Both the position numbers and the translations under genes were made by a program. The notes under the pieces are model-generated. The model ran no database searches, was not told where the DNA came from, and saw only the letters and a program-made list of their open reading frames with translations. A stretch of 64,000 nt of DNA from Dictyostelium discoideum (Eukaryota). The stretch is from NCBI GenBank assembly GCA_000004695.1, contig CM000150.2, positions 960,001-1,024,000 on the forward strand. Reading direction: 5' to 3'. How positions within the stretch are numbered: position 1 is the stretch's first letter; every line of letters begins with the position of its first letter. Positions 42,906 to 60,422 of this stretch are shown here, piece after piece.

Positions 42906-43244
42906 AATAAAAAATAAAAATAAAAATAAAAATAAAAATAAAAATAAAAATAAAAATAAAAATAAAAATAATAATAATAATAATAATAATAATAATTAAT
43001 AATAACCGTTTGGGTTTTAATTATTAGATTACTTGGCCCTTCTTTATTTTAAATTATTTTTATTATAATTTTAATTATATATATATTTTTTATTTTTTGG
43101 TTATATTTAAATAATTTAAAATTTAAATTTTAAATAAAAAAAAAAATAATAAATACTAATTCAAATTATTTTTTATTTTTTATTTTTTATTTTTTATTTT
43201 TTTTATCTCTTAGAATTCTTACTTATACAATATATTTATATAAA
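36911..43244. other. Gene-poor AT-rich region of about 6.3 kb upstream of the Myb gene, with no long ORFs
   Basis: Six-frame ORFs here are only poly-Phe/Ile/Lys artefacts. Scattered non-AT islands occur at about 37290-37340, 37650-37700, 37790-37850, 40020-40040 ((CA)n), 40930-41050, 41130-41170, 41500-41530, 41590-41630 and 41880-41990. Confidence 0.6.
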
Positions 43245-46160
<2,916 letters not shown>

Positions 46161-46337
46161 ATCATATTTCACCCCACCAATCTTCCCAAACCATTAAATT
46201 TTTTTTTTTTTTAACTTTGTTACTAACCAATCGATCATATTTATAGTAAACTAAAAACAAGTCATTTTTTTAACGTTATTAGCGCCAAATCATCAAATTA
46301 AAATAAACCCTATTTATTATAAACAACTTTCAAGAAG

Positions 46338-46369
<32 letters not shown>

Positions 46370-46555
46370 AACTTCATAAAAAAAAAAAAAACCAAAAAAA
46401 AAAAAAAAAACTTTGTAAATAATTCACACCAACAATGATTGATATTTGCGCATTAAATCATTTAATACTTTTTTCGAACCAACAATAAGGAAATATTATT
46501 CAACAAAAAAAAAAAAAAAAAATATTGTAAAAAAAAATTAATCAATTTTTTATTT

Positions 46556-46600
<45 letters not shown>

Positions 46601-47047
46601 AGATATATAGAATTAATTGTAAATAAAATAATATAAAAATAATATTTGAAATGTAATGTTTTTTTCCATTTCTCTTTTTTTCATTTTTTATTTTTATTTT
46701 TATTTTATTTCTCATTTTTTTTTATTCTAAAATTAGAAACCTCACATATTTTATTAATAATGTTATTATTATTATTTTTTTTTTTTTTTTTTGAACCTTG
46801 TGTCCCAATATTCTCTTAAACAATTTATTATTTTTATTATTTTTTTTTTAAAAAATAATTATTTTTCTTTCAACTTTTTCTTTTTAATTTTTTTTTATTT
46901 TATTTTTTTTTATTTTTTTATTAATTAAAAGTCTAAATATTACCCCTTCTATTTTTTATTAATTAAAAACATAAATATATAAATCAACCATTATATTATA
47001 TATATATATATAATTTTTTTTTAATATTATTTTTTTAAAAAAAAAGA

Positions 47048-49918
47048 ATGATTAATTCTTTTAAAAAATTAATTATTCTTATTTCATTGGTGATTATTTT
47101 ACTTTCATCGAATAATATTTTCATAGATTCATTTAAAATTCCAGTTAATCAAAAAAATGTTAAATCAAGTGGTGATTCATCATATCAAATAGGTGCCGGT
47201 ATTTATGATATCACTGGTAAGTATAATTTATAATGTCAAAAGATAGTTTTTAAAATATATTTTTTTTATTACAATTATTAATTTTGGTTTTCTCTTTTAC
47301 TCAACACAAAAAAAAAAAATAAATATATAGGTGCAAGCGCTGAAGGTATTTAAGAAAAATTTTGATGACCCCTTTTTTTCATAGAAATACTAATCATTAA
47401 TTAAAATTTATTATATTATCATATTAATTGTATCATTTTTTTTATTTTATATTTTTAAACTAAAAGTTAATTTAATGGGTTATGCTAATCCACTTCAAGT
47501 TGGTGCAGGTAAATAATAATTTTATTTTCAATTGAATATATTTTAATATTAATAAATACTAATTAAAATAAAAAATAATAACAAAGGTATTCATTTTCGT
47601 CAAAGAGCACGTGCCTTTGTTTTTGTAGATTCAAATGGTAATAGAGCTGTATATGTTAGTACTGATTCATGTAAAGTATTATTATTATTTTAATTATTTT
47701 AATTTAAATAATAAGAGGGACAAAAAATAAATCTTTTATATTAATTATTATTATTTTTTTTTAATAAATTATTATTATTTATTAAAAGGTATGATTTTCC
47801 AAGAAGTTAAAATTCATGTGGTTGAATTGCTACAAGATATTTTTGGACCAAATGTTTATACAGAGGCAAATGTATTATTAAGTGGTACTCATACTCATTC
47901 TGGTCCGGCTGGTTTTTCACAATATGCACTTTATGGTATTACATCATTAGGATTTTATAAAAAGAATTTCGATACAATTTGTAATGGTATAGTTCAAGCA
48001 ATTGTTAAAGCTCATAAATCTGTTCAACCTGCAAACATGTTTACTGAAACTGGTGAATTATGGAATACAAATATAAAGTATGTGTTTATATATTTTAATT
48101 AATAAAAAATTAAATTAACATTTTAATATTTAAATTATATATAAAAAAAAAAAAAAAAAAATAGTCGTTCACCTTTTGCATATGATAATAATCCAGAAGA
48201 AGAAAAAGCAATGTACGATTCAAATGTTGATAAAAATATGACAGTACTTAGAATTGAAGATATGAATGGTAATCCATTTGCTGCAATTAGCTTTTTCGCT
48301 GTTCATTGTACTTCAATGAATAATACAAATCACCTGATCTCTGGTGATAATAAGGGCTATGCAAGTTATCTTTGGGAAAAACAAGTAAATGGTCCTGGAA
48401 CTGCTGGTAAAGGTCCTTTTGTAGCGGCATTTGGTCAAAGTAATGAAGGGTATTTATATATTATAAAAATTAAAAAAAAAACTATATTTTTAAAAAAATT
48501 ATTAATAATTTATAAATTTAAAAATATAGTGATGTATCACCAAATACTCGTGGACCAACATGTAGAGACGGATCACCATGTGATTATAAAACAAGTACAT
48601 GTAATGGAAGAAATGAAGAATGTTGGTCATTAGGACCAGGTAAAGATGGTGATATGTTTGAATCAACACAAATTATAGGTGGAAATCAATTTAATAAAGC
48701 ATTGGAATTATTTAATAATGCAAGTATTCAAGTTAGTGGTCCTGTTCAATATAGACATTCTTGGGTACAATTTACAAATGTTTCAGTGGAACCACCATAT
48801 AATAGTGGTGTTGATAATGCAACTACTTGTAGAGGTGCAATGGGATATAGTTTTGCTGCTGGTACAACCGATGGTCCTGGTGCATTTAATTTTGTTCAAA
48901 GTGATAATAATACATCTGGTAATCCATTTTGGAATTTCATTGGTGACTTTATTGCAAAACCAACACCAGATCAAATTAGATGTCAATCACCCAAACCAAT
49001 TTTACTTGATGTTGGTATGGTTGAACCAATCCCATGGGTACCAGATGTTATGCCAATTCAAATTGTAACTATTGGACAAATTGTATTGGTTGCTGTACCT
49101 GGTGAATTTACAACAATGTCTGGTAGAAGATTAAGAAATAGTGTTAGAGAAATCATTGGGGAATCAATTGAAAATCCAATTGTTTTAATTGCTGGTCTTT
49201 CCAATACTTATTCTGGTTATATAGCAACATTTGAAGAATATCAAGTTCAAAGATATGAGGGTGGTATGTAATTAAATAATTTTAATATATAATTATAAAT
49301 ATTTTAATTAAAAAATTATAATAATAATAATAATTATAATAATAATAATAATAACATTTAAATTAAATTTAAAAATTAGCATCAACTGTTTTTGGTCCAC
49401 ATACTCTTGGTTCATATATGCAAGAGTTTGGAAAACTTGCACAATCAATTGTTGATGGAACAACAGTTCCTGCAGGTCCAACTCCAAGAAATTTAACAGG
49501 TCACACACTTTTCTTTTTACCACCAGTAATTGTAGATGCCGCACCAGATTTTGATGATTTTGGTGAAGTTTCAATTGATGTCAATCTTAATTATTCAGTA
49601 AATGAAACAGTATCATGTGTTTTTTATGGTGGTAATCCTAGAAATGATTTTATGATTGAATCATCATTCTTATCAGTTGATTTATTGACAGGTACAGATC
49701 AATGGACAACAGTTTTAGATGATGGTGATTGGGATACAAAATTCAAATGGAAAATGCACGATTTAGGTTTTTCTTTAATTACTATAGAATGGGTTATTGC
49801 TCCAGATACAACACCAGGTACTTATAGAATAACTCATAGTGGTTTTGCTAAAAAGAATCCTTTCTCTTCAAATTTAACTCCTTATCAAGGTATCTCAAGA
49901 AATTTTGTAGTTCAATAA
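47048..49918 (+). CDS. Neutral/alkaline non-lysosomal ceramidase (ASAH2 family), secreted; 8 exons
   Basis: Exons are about 47048-47216, 47331-47345, 47467-47508, 47587-47670, 47789-48077, 48165-48449, 48530-49263 and 49380-49918. The N-terminus carries a signal peptide. The spliced product is collinear with human neutral ceramidase. Its blocks include YQIGAGIYDITG/ASAE/VNLMGYANPLQVGAG/IHFRQRARAFVFVDSNGNRAVYVSTDSC/MIFQEVKIHVVELLQDIFG...LSGTHTHSGPAGFSQY...NIN/RSPFAYDNNPEEE...SFFAVHCTSMNNTNHLISGDNKGYASYLWE...GPFVAAFGQSNEG/DVSPNTRGPTC...MSGRRLRNSV...YEEYQVQRYEG/ASTVFGPHTL... The second exon is only 15 nt and the third is 42 nt. Confidence 0.85.
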
Positions 49919-50097
49919 AGTACTTTATATTTTAGATTATAAATAAATAAATTAGTTTTTAAAAAAGGAAATCTGATTAAAAATTTTTTTTTTTTTTTTT
50001 TTAATTTTCAAATTAACTTTATTTTTGGCGTAGATTTTTTTAATTCATTTTTAGAACAAGGTAATTTAATTTGTTTTTTTTTTTTTTTTTTTAATTC

Positions 50098-51858
50098 CTA
50101 TTTCATTTCTTTAATTGGAACAGAATCTAACCAAAGATTATGAAGTGTATCGAAAAGCTCTTTAGTTACGCTAACTTTGTAAGGAGTTGGATTACTATTA
50201 CGAAGATGATCCTCTCTAACTTTAGATATTTGTTGGAAACAGTATTCTCTAATATCATTTAATGCTGGTAAGGGCATTGTTAATTGACCTTTTTCAAAAA
50301 CTATATGATGTAATTTTTCGATTTGAACTGGTGTTACGATGACTCTTTTTTGTTCTTCAAATGGATGTAAACATAAAACCTTTTTACCGACTTGTGGAAT
50401 TTGTTTAGAACCATCTTTGATCATATCATTATCGTCAACTAAAAGGTCAACCAATGGGTGACCTTCAGAACCAAATAAACGATAGGCTGTTTTTCTACCT
50501 GGAAGTGTGATTTTATTTGCCTCTTGTGATAATTTAATACGTGGTGAACCATTGATTTCTACCAATTTATAAACACAACCTAGAGCTGGTTGTGCTTGAC
50601 ATGTTACCAAATTTGTTCCAATTGCAAATACATCAATTTCATGACCTTGTCTATTCAAAGCAATGATGGTTGGTTCATTTAAATCATTTGAAGCAACGAT
50701 TGAAAACTTTTCAAAGTAATCGATTTTGAATTGTTCACCAATTTGTTTGAATAATTTTCTAGATGCTTTGGAGAGATAAGAAAGATCACCACTATCTAAA
50801 CGAATACCAACAGCTTTGTAACCCAATTGATGTAATGCCAATGCCACACAAATGAAATTTGGAACACCCGATGCCAATGTATCGTATGTATCAACCAAAG
50901 CTACTAAACCATTTGGAAAAGTACGTGCATATGCAACAAAAGCAACCAATTCACTGAGATTTGTTGCTGTGTAACCCAATTCATCTCTATACTTTTGACT
51001 CATCTCTAAAAGATTGTGAACATTTCCATTTGTATCCTTGATAGATGCATCTAATAATTCATCAGGGCCACTATAGTTGGTAATGAATGAATGAGCATGG
51101 GTACCTCTAATTGGAATGCCAAAGAAACAATGTGCTAAAACATTGGATGTGCCATCTGCTCCACCCAAATAACTATAACGTGATGCAGACATTGCACCAT
51201 CTGGACCCTGTGCCCTACGTAAACCAAATTCCAACATAACTTTTTCCTTACCAACAGCCAAACGGTGACGTGCTGCATTAGTTGCTACCAAACTTGCAAA
51301 ATTAACCAAACATAATAATGTAGTTTCAAATAATTGGCACAAGATCATTGGTCCTTCTACACGAAGTAGTGGCACTCTTGGAAATACAACTGAACCTTCT
51401 TTCATTGCATATAAAGTGACAGATGAGGAATCCAATTTCGATAGGTAATCTAAAAACTCTTGTTCACAATCTGGTATCATCTCTTTAATGAAACCAACCT
51501 CTTCTTTTGTATAATGGAAATCACTAACGAATCTAATTACTTCCTCTAAACCTGCAAATACTGTAAATTCACCTCCAAATGGTGATTTTCTAAAATATAA
51601 ATCAAATACTGCTGGTATTTCATGTCTATTATTCTTCCATAATGAATAAGCCATTGTAATTTGATATAAATCTGTTAATAATGGTGTTACAAATCCATTC
51701 AATGGTTTAATCTTATCTTTTGATTCTTGATCTCTATAAACATAATCAACTGTTGTTGCTCTTTTTAATTCTCTAATTTGATTTGATGTTGCACCTGTTG
51801 TGGATCCATTCTCACTGTATCCATTTTCAGTTTTCTTTAAATTTTTAAATATTCGCAT
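50098..51858 (-). CDS. naprt: Nicotinate phosphoribosyltransferase (NAPRT)
   Basis: 586-aa uninterrupted ORF. NAPRT hallmarks include DLYQITMAYSLWKNNRHEIPAVFDLYFRKSPFGGEFTVFAGLEEVIRF, GTHAHSF and VGIRLDSGDLSYLS. Confidence 0.85.
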   Translation of the reverse strand: MRIFKNLKKTENGYSENGSTTGATSNQIRELKRATTVDYVYRDQESKDKIKPLNGFVTPLLTDLYQITMAYSLWKNNRHEIPAVFDLYFRKSPFGGEFTVFAGLEEVIRFVSDFHYTKEEVGFIKEMIPDCEQEFLDYLSKLDSSSVTLYAMKEGSVVFPRVPLLRVEGPMILCQLFETTLLCLVNFASLVATNAARHRLAVGKEKVMLEFGLRRAQGPDGAMSASRYSYLGGADGTSNVLAHCFFGIPIRGTHAHSFITNYSGPDELLDASIKDTNGNVHNLLEMSQKYRDELGYTATNLSELVAFVAYARTFPNGLVALVDTYDTLASGVPNFICVALALHQLGYKAVGIRLDSGDLSYLSKASRKLFKQIGEQFKIDYFEKFSIVASNDLNEPTIIALNRQGHEIDVFAIGTNLVTCQAQPALGCVYKLVEINGSPRIKLSQEANKITLPGRKTAYRLFGSEGHPLVDLLVDDNDMIKDGSKQIPQVGKKVLCLHPFEEQKRVIVTPVQIEKLHHIVFEKGQLTMPLPALNDIREYCFQQISKVREDHLRNSNPTPYKVSVTKELFDTLHNLWLDSVPIKEMK

Positions 51859-52280
51859 GATTATTAATAAAAATAAATTTAATAAAAAAAAAAAAATATA
51901 AAAAAAATAATAATAATAATAAAATTTAGGTAAAAAAATAATAATAATAATAATAATAAAAGTTAGATATTAATAATAAAAAAAAAAAATAAAAAAAAAA
52001 AAAAAATTTACCTTTCTTTTAAGTGGTGTGTTGGATTGGGACATTTAAAATCTGAATTTTAAATTTTTTTCTTACGGGTTTATCTGTTTTTTTTTTTTAT
52101 TTAATTAATTTTTTAAGAGCAATGATTTTTTTTTTTTAAAAAAAAAAAAAATTAAAAAAAAATAAAATTAAAAAAAAAAAAACAAAAAAATAAAAAAATC
52201 TTTTTTTTTTTTTTTGAAAATATTTTTTTAATTAAAAAATAATTCTTTCCAAGAAAGGCGAAGAATTTTTGGAAAGGGTT

Positions 52281-54444
<2,164 letters not shown>

Positions 54445-54658
54445 ACTAAAAATAAAAATTAAAATTAAAAAAAAGAATGCGAAAAAAAAAAAAAAAAAAC
54501 GAGTATTTTTTTAATTTTTATTTTTTTTAAATGTGAAAAATATGGGGTGAAAAAAAAAAAAAAAAAAACGAGTATTTTTTAATTTTTTAATTATTTTTAA
54601 TATTATAATTAATATTTTATTTTTATTATTTTTATTATTTTTATTATTATTACTATTT

Positions 54659-55216
54659 TTAAATTTGTGAATTTGATAAGAAAGTTCTTTCAGATGGTTT
54701 AAGATTTCTATCTTTTTTCTTTAATTGAATTGTTTTCTTTGGATCACCTTTAGTTGGTGGTGTATCATATAAAAATGGAATTAATGGCATTTCTTTATCT
54801 GTTTCAATTAATAATGCGATTTTTCTGAGATCTTCTGGTAATTCCATAACTGCATCCCATTGATAATCTAATTTCTCTCTTTCTTCTCTTTCTTTTTCTT
54901 GTTTGAGTTCGTTACTGTATGCGGTATAATTGTAGTTAATTAATCTTAATCGTTTCTCTTCATCACTTTCATTTTTGTCTGCAAATTCTGGACGTTTAAA
55001 TAAAACTTGGAAACGTTGTATAATCTTTTGGTAAGATGCTTTTGACACTTTTACATCATATTTTTCACTAAGATCAACACCTGTATCCTCTTCTTCTACT
55101 ACTTTTTTACCGCCCCTTTTAACAACTTTTGCTGCATATCCACAAATAAATTGTTGTTGATTTGCTTGTTTACTTGATAAATTTACAATTGATCTACAAG
55201 TTTTAATTGATAACAT
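54659..55216 (-). CDS. Hypothetical 185-aa basic/acidic protein, possibly mitochondrial (N-terminal presequence-like)
   Basis: ORF MLSIKTCRSIVNLSSKQ... followed by a charged coiled-coil-like middle and conserved-looking ...MPLIPFLYDTPPTKGDP. No confident family call. It may have additional exons. Confidence 0.45.
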   Translation of the reverse strand: MLSIKTCRSIVNLSSKQANQQQFICGYAAKVVKRGGKKVVEEEDTGVDLSEKYDVKVSKASYQKIIQRFQVLFKRPEFADKNESDEEKRLRLINYNYTAYSNELKQEKEREEREKLDYQWDAVMELPEDLRKIALLIETDKEMPLIPFLYDTPPTKGDPKKTIQLKKKDRNLKPSERTFLSNSQI

Positions 55217-55523
55217 TCTGTATATATATTATATATTAAAAAATCGTCGACAAATATTAAAAAAATAAAAAAAAATTAAAAAATTAAAAAAAAAAAAAAA
55301 ACAGTGAAAAAAAAAAAAAAAAAAAAAAAAAAATGAAAAATAAAAAAAAAAAAAAAATAAAATTTTTTTTATTTTGCATTTCCAACAACACCTATCTTCA
55401 TGTTTAAAGGAATTATAATATCTTTTTTGTTGGAATTAAAAAAAATAAAAAATAAAAAAAATAAAAAATTGAAAAAGGAAAAAAATAAATAAAAAAAAGA
55501 AATGTTTATAGATTTTATTATTA

Positions 55524-55559
<36 letters not shown>

Positions 55560-55823
55560 TAATTTAATATATCATACAAATTAAAATTAAAAAAATAAAA
55601 AAATAAAATTAACAGATTTATGCCACGCATTTTAAATAAATTAAATTATTATCACTCTTTTTTTTTTTTTTTTTTTTTTAAAAATCTAATAATTTTTTTA
55701 AATATATATATATGATTAAAAATTTATTAAATAATGGTGTCAAAAAAAAAAGCTTTCCTTGTTTACGTTTTTTATTTTTTTTATATGATCATTTTACAAC
55801 TCTTTAAAATTTTATTTTTAAGG

Positions 55824-56551
55824 ATGATCCCTCAATTCCAAGAAGAAGAAGAAGAAGGTTTTAAAACTAAACTTTTTATTAAAAATGAAAAAAAAAGAAA
55901 TGATATTTATATTGTAAGTTTTTTATTAATATTATTATTATTTGTAAAAACTAAAATTAATTCTTTTTTTTTTTTTTTCACTATTAATAGTTAATTCATT
56001 CACCAAAATTATGTGGTAGTTTAAGTTTATCAAAAAAATTTGAAGAAATTGTAAATATTGATAGTGGACATTATTCAATTTTAATTGATATTGAAGGTGA
56101 AACTGAAAATTCAAAAAATCCAATTGGAATTGAATGTCATTTAATAAATGAAAAAAAAGGTACAGGTTTAAATTCAATTAATTTAATTTTAAAACAAAGA
56201 TTTAAAAATCAATATCCAACATCCACAAAGAAAGCGATTTTAGTTGGAAAATTAAATGAACAGTTTGAAAGAAGGGGACAATATTTTAATTATTTAGAAA
56301 ATTCATTTCAATCATTTATTGAATCGAAATTAGGAGATCATCATCATCATTCAAATTCACCATCATCATCAACAAAAAACAATAATAATAATAATAATGA
56401 ATTTATTAATTGTCATACATTTGCAAAATATTTAATTGAAGAAAAGTTTAAATTAAAATGGCCTTTAAATATAAATATGGTTGAAGATGAATATCCATTT
56501 TTAAGTTCTTTAACAAATGCTCAAAAGGAAGCTGAATTAATATCTTGTTAA
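55824..56551 (+). CDS. Hypothetical conserved-looking protein, 2 exons; not reported by the ORF track because exon 2 has no ATG
   Basis: Exon 1 is 55824-55913 (MIPQFQEEEEEGFKTKLFIKNEKKRNDIYI) with donor GTAAGT. Exon 2 is 55991-56551 after a TTAATAG acceptor. Exon 2 reads LIHSPKLCGSLSLSKKFEEIVNIDSGHYSILIDIEGETENSKNPIGIECHLINEKKGTGLNSINLILKQRFKNQYPTSTKKAILVGKLNEQFERRGQYFNYLENSFQSFIESKLGDHHHH...EFINCHTFAKYLIEEKFKLKWPLNINMVEDEYPFLSSLTNAQKEAELISC*. It is a 187-codon open frame with non-repetitive composition in an otherwise stop-dense, AT-rich setting. Confidence 0.55.
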
Positions 56552-56918
56552 ATTTAATAGTTAATTTAAAAAAAAAATTTATTTATTTATTTTTTAAATT
56601 TATTTTTAAAAAAAAAAAAAAAAAAAAAAATTTAAATAAAATAAAATAAAATTTCCACCCTGTCAGATTTGTTAAAGGTATTATTTTCATGCAATTGACA
56701 AAAAAAAATGAAAAAAAAAAAAAAATAAAAATATCTAAAACTTTTTTTTTTGTTTTTTTTTTTTTATGTTTTTTTTATTTTTTTATTTTTTTATTTTTTT
56801 TTATTATTTCTTTTCATTTTTTTATTACGAACCACACACGAGCCCCATTAACCTAAATAAATATATTTTTATTTTTAATCAAAAAAAAAAAAAAAAAAAA
56901 ATCTTTTTGTGTGTGTGT

Positions 56919-56952
<34 letters not shown>

Positions 56953-56993
56953 TATAGAAACATTTTCAAATAATAATAATAATAATAAACAGT

Positions 56994-57585
56994 ATGAAAA
57001 CAGACGATAAATATGCAAGATTAGATAGTGGTAATTTATATGATGATGATAACGAATATTGTAGTGTTGTAACTACTACACCTGAATTATCATCTATAAA
57101 GGAAGGATATTGTCCTGTAAAAAGTAGTAGTAATGTTATACAAAATATTGCAAGTGATCCAAATAAATTCCCAACAAGTTTTCCATTCATACTTGGTAAT
57201 GAAATTTGTGAAAGATTTTCATTCTATGGTATAAAAACAATTTTAATATTATATTTAACAAATTATATGGAATATAGTGATGATAAATCAACTGTAATAT
57301 TACATTCATTTAATTTTGTTGCTTATTTATTGTAAGTACTAAATTTTAAAATAATTAAAAATAAAAAACATAAAAAATAAATAACTAACTTTTTTTTTTT
57401 TTTTTTTTCCCAAATATAGTCCAATATTAGGTGCATACATCGCAGATGCAAAAATTGGTAAATTTAAAACCATTTTAATTTTTTCAATTGTATATGTACT
57501 TGGTAGTATAGTTTTATCAGTAACATCAATTGATGGAGTTGTTGGTGAAAAAGGAAATAGATCGCCTATTGGGTGAGTAATTTTG

Positions 57586-57643
<58 letters not shown>

Positions 57644-59162
57644 ATAACAAAATTTTAACTTTTTATTATTTTTTTATTTTTTATTTTTAATAATAATTAG
57701 AATTATAATTGGATTAGGATTAATTGCAATGGGTACTGGTGCAATAAAAAGTAATGTACCAACATTTGCAGGTGATCAGTTGAAGAGTAATCAAGGTAAT
57801 TTATTAGAAAGATTATTTCAAATATTTTATTGGTGTATAAATTTGGGTAGTTTAGCATCAACACTTTTAACACCAATACTTAGAAAATATGTTGGATTTT
57901 GGTTAGCATTTGGTATACCATCATTCCTATTAATATGTTCAACTATTATATTTGTAATTGGTTCGAAATTTTATGTTAAAAGAGCAGTCTCTGAGAGTAT
58001 TTTATGGACAGCTTTGAAAATTATGGCATTTGCAATTAAGGAGAAATTTAAAATACTAAAATCAAGATATAAGAGGAACTCAAGGGGTATGTTGTATACG
58101 AATCCTTATACATCGATCAGTGGCACTAATTGGATGGACCTTTCGAAAATTGAATATGATAGTCAATTGGTTGATTCGATAAAGGCGGCTATGAATGTAC
58201 TGTTGGTGTTTATCCCATTACCTTTTTTTTGGTGCATGTTTGATCAAACTTCCTCGAGATGGACTATTCAAGCGGCACAATTAAACACTTGTCTATTCAA
58301 TAATGGTAAAAGTGTTTGCATAGAACCTGAACAAATTCAAGCACTCAATCCATTATTCATTATGGTTTTCATACCAATTGTTGAGTTTACAATCTATAAA
58401 CCTTTAAAACATTTTGGTTTCAATTTAAAACCATTAATTAAAATGTCAATTGGTATGATCCTTGCTGCAATTTCATTTTTAATTGCCATGTTTTTACAAA
58501 TTTCAATTGATAAATCAATTAAAAATAATAATATTATAAATAATAGTATTAGTAGTAGTGGTGGTGGTAGTAGTTTTAGTATTGGTAGTGGTAGTGATAT
58601 TATTGATAATAATGATATAAAGAGTAATTTATCAGTTTGGTTATTGTTTCCACAATATTTAATTATAACGATTGCAGAGATATTAATATCGATACCAGGA
58701 TTAGAGTTTGCTTATGCAAATGCACCATCATCAATGAAATCAATAATTATGTCTGGTTGGTTATTGGCAATATCAATTGGTAATATATTTGTAGTATTTG
58801 TAGTTGATGGTATATCATTTAGTAAACAGTGGGCTGAATTTTTATTCTTTGCAAGTGTTATGTTATTCTTTACTTTTATATTCATAATTTTATCATACAG
58901 ATTTAAACCAACTGATATATCTGTAACACAATATTCTGATGATCTTACCCATTTAAAAGAATCTTTATCAAATTCAATGTTTTTCAGTGGTGGTAATAAT
59001 AATAATAACAGTAATAATAATAATAATAATAATAGTGATACAAATAGTGATTATAATAGTAATAATAACAATAATAATTTTGGTGTAACGATATTAACTG
59101 ACCAAGATAATTTATATGATGAAGATTATGGATCTATAGAGTTGGAAAATAATTTAATTTAA
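56994..59162 (+). CDS. Proton-dependent oligopeptide transporter (POT/PTR2, SLC15 family); 3 exons
   Basis: Exons are about 56994-57331, 57420-57572 and 57701-59162. Donors are GTAAGT and GTGAGT. The POT signatures are FILGNEICERFSFYGIKTILILYL and GLGLIAMGTGAIKSNVPTFAGDQ (PTR2 motif GTGGIKPNVxxFGADQ). There are multiple TM helices. The C-terminal tail is Asn-rich. Confidence 0.85.
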
Positions 59163-59864
59163 TTTAATATATAAATATATATAAATTTTTTTTTTTTTCT
59201 TTCATTTTTTTTTTTTTTTTACCTTTTTTTTAAATTTAAAAAATTAAAAAATAAAAAAATTATTTGTAAATAATCAAAAAAGTAAAAATAGAAAAAAAAA
59301 ATATAATATAAAAATAATTATTTTTAATAAAAGATTTAACTACTAATGATAAAGGAAAAAGGAGAATTGTTGTTGACAATAAAATAAAATAAAAAAAAGT
59401 AGAATATAAATAAATCTATTAATAACTTTTTTTATTTTTTATCTTTATTTTAAATTTTATTTTTATTTTTAATTTTTTTTTTTTTAATTTTTTTTTTTTT
59501 TTATCTACAGATTTGTTTGTTCAAATAATTTAATAAATAATAAATAAAATTTGAAAAGGTAATTTTTAAAATTGAAAATGGTAACATTAAAAACTGTAGG
59601 ATATCGTAAAATTTTATTTTATTTTTTTTTTATTTTTATTTTTTTTTTTATTTTTTTTTTTTCAATCATTTTTTTATTTCAGATGAATTTTAGATATCTA
59701 AAATTCATGTTGTTTTTGATGACTATCCCAAGATTATCATGATTAAAAAAAAAAAAAAAATTAAAACTTTCAAATAAATTTCAATCCATCGCGTTTCAAA
59801 ATTAGCTTTCACAAAAAAAAAAAAAAAAAAATGCAAAAAAAAAAATAAAAAAAAAAAATAAAAT

Positions 59865-59895
<31 letters not shown>

Positions 59896-60422
59896 TCACA
59901 AAATTTTTTAATTATAATTGAATAATTTTTTAAACTGCCCAATCCATCCAACAACAAAAATAATATCGAAAAAAAAAAAAAAAAAAAAAATTATATACTT
60001 TTTGGAATAACAAACAACTTATTGATTATTAATTTGTTTTTTGTAACCTAGTTAACTATCAAATCAAAAATTATAATAATAACCTCACCACAAATTACAA
60101 AACAATTTATAAAAAAAAAAAAAAAAATAAAATTTTTGTGGGTTCTGTTTTTTTTGCTTGTTTTTTATTTATTATTATTTTTTTTTAATTTTTAATTTTT
60201 TTTTTTTTTTTTTTTTTTGTATTAAATATCACCAAAAAATAAAAAATAAAAAATAAAAAAAAAAAAATAAAAAAATTTAATATATTAAATTAATAGTAGT
60301 AATAATAATAATAATAATAATAATAAATATATATTTTATTTATATTTATATATATATATTTTAATTTTACCAAAATAATAAATAATAATTTAAACAATTC
60401 AAATAAATAAATAAATATAAAA

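Noticed and set aside
48679-49068. Overlapping alternate-frame ORFs inside ceramidase exon 7
   Set aside because: The conserved ceramidase frame (48530-49263) accounts for the region. The alternates have no homology and odd composition.
55938-56177. 79-aa minus-strand ORF
   Set aside because: It is antisense to the much longer, protein-like + strand exon 55991-56551, which has proper splice signals.
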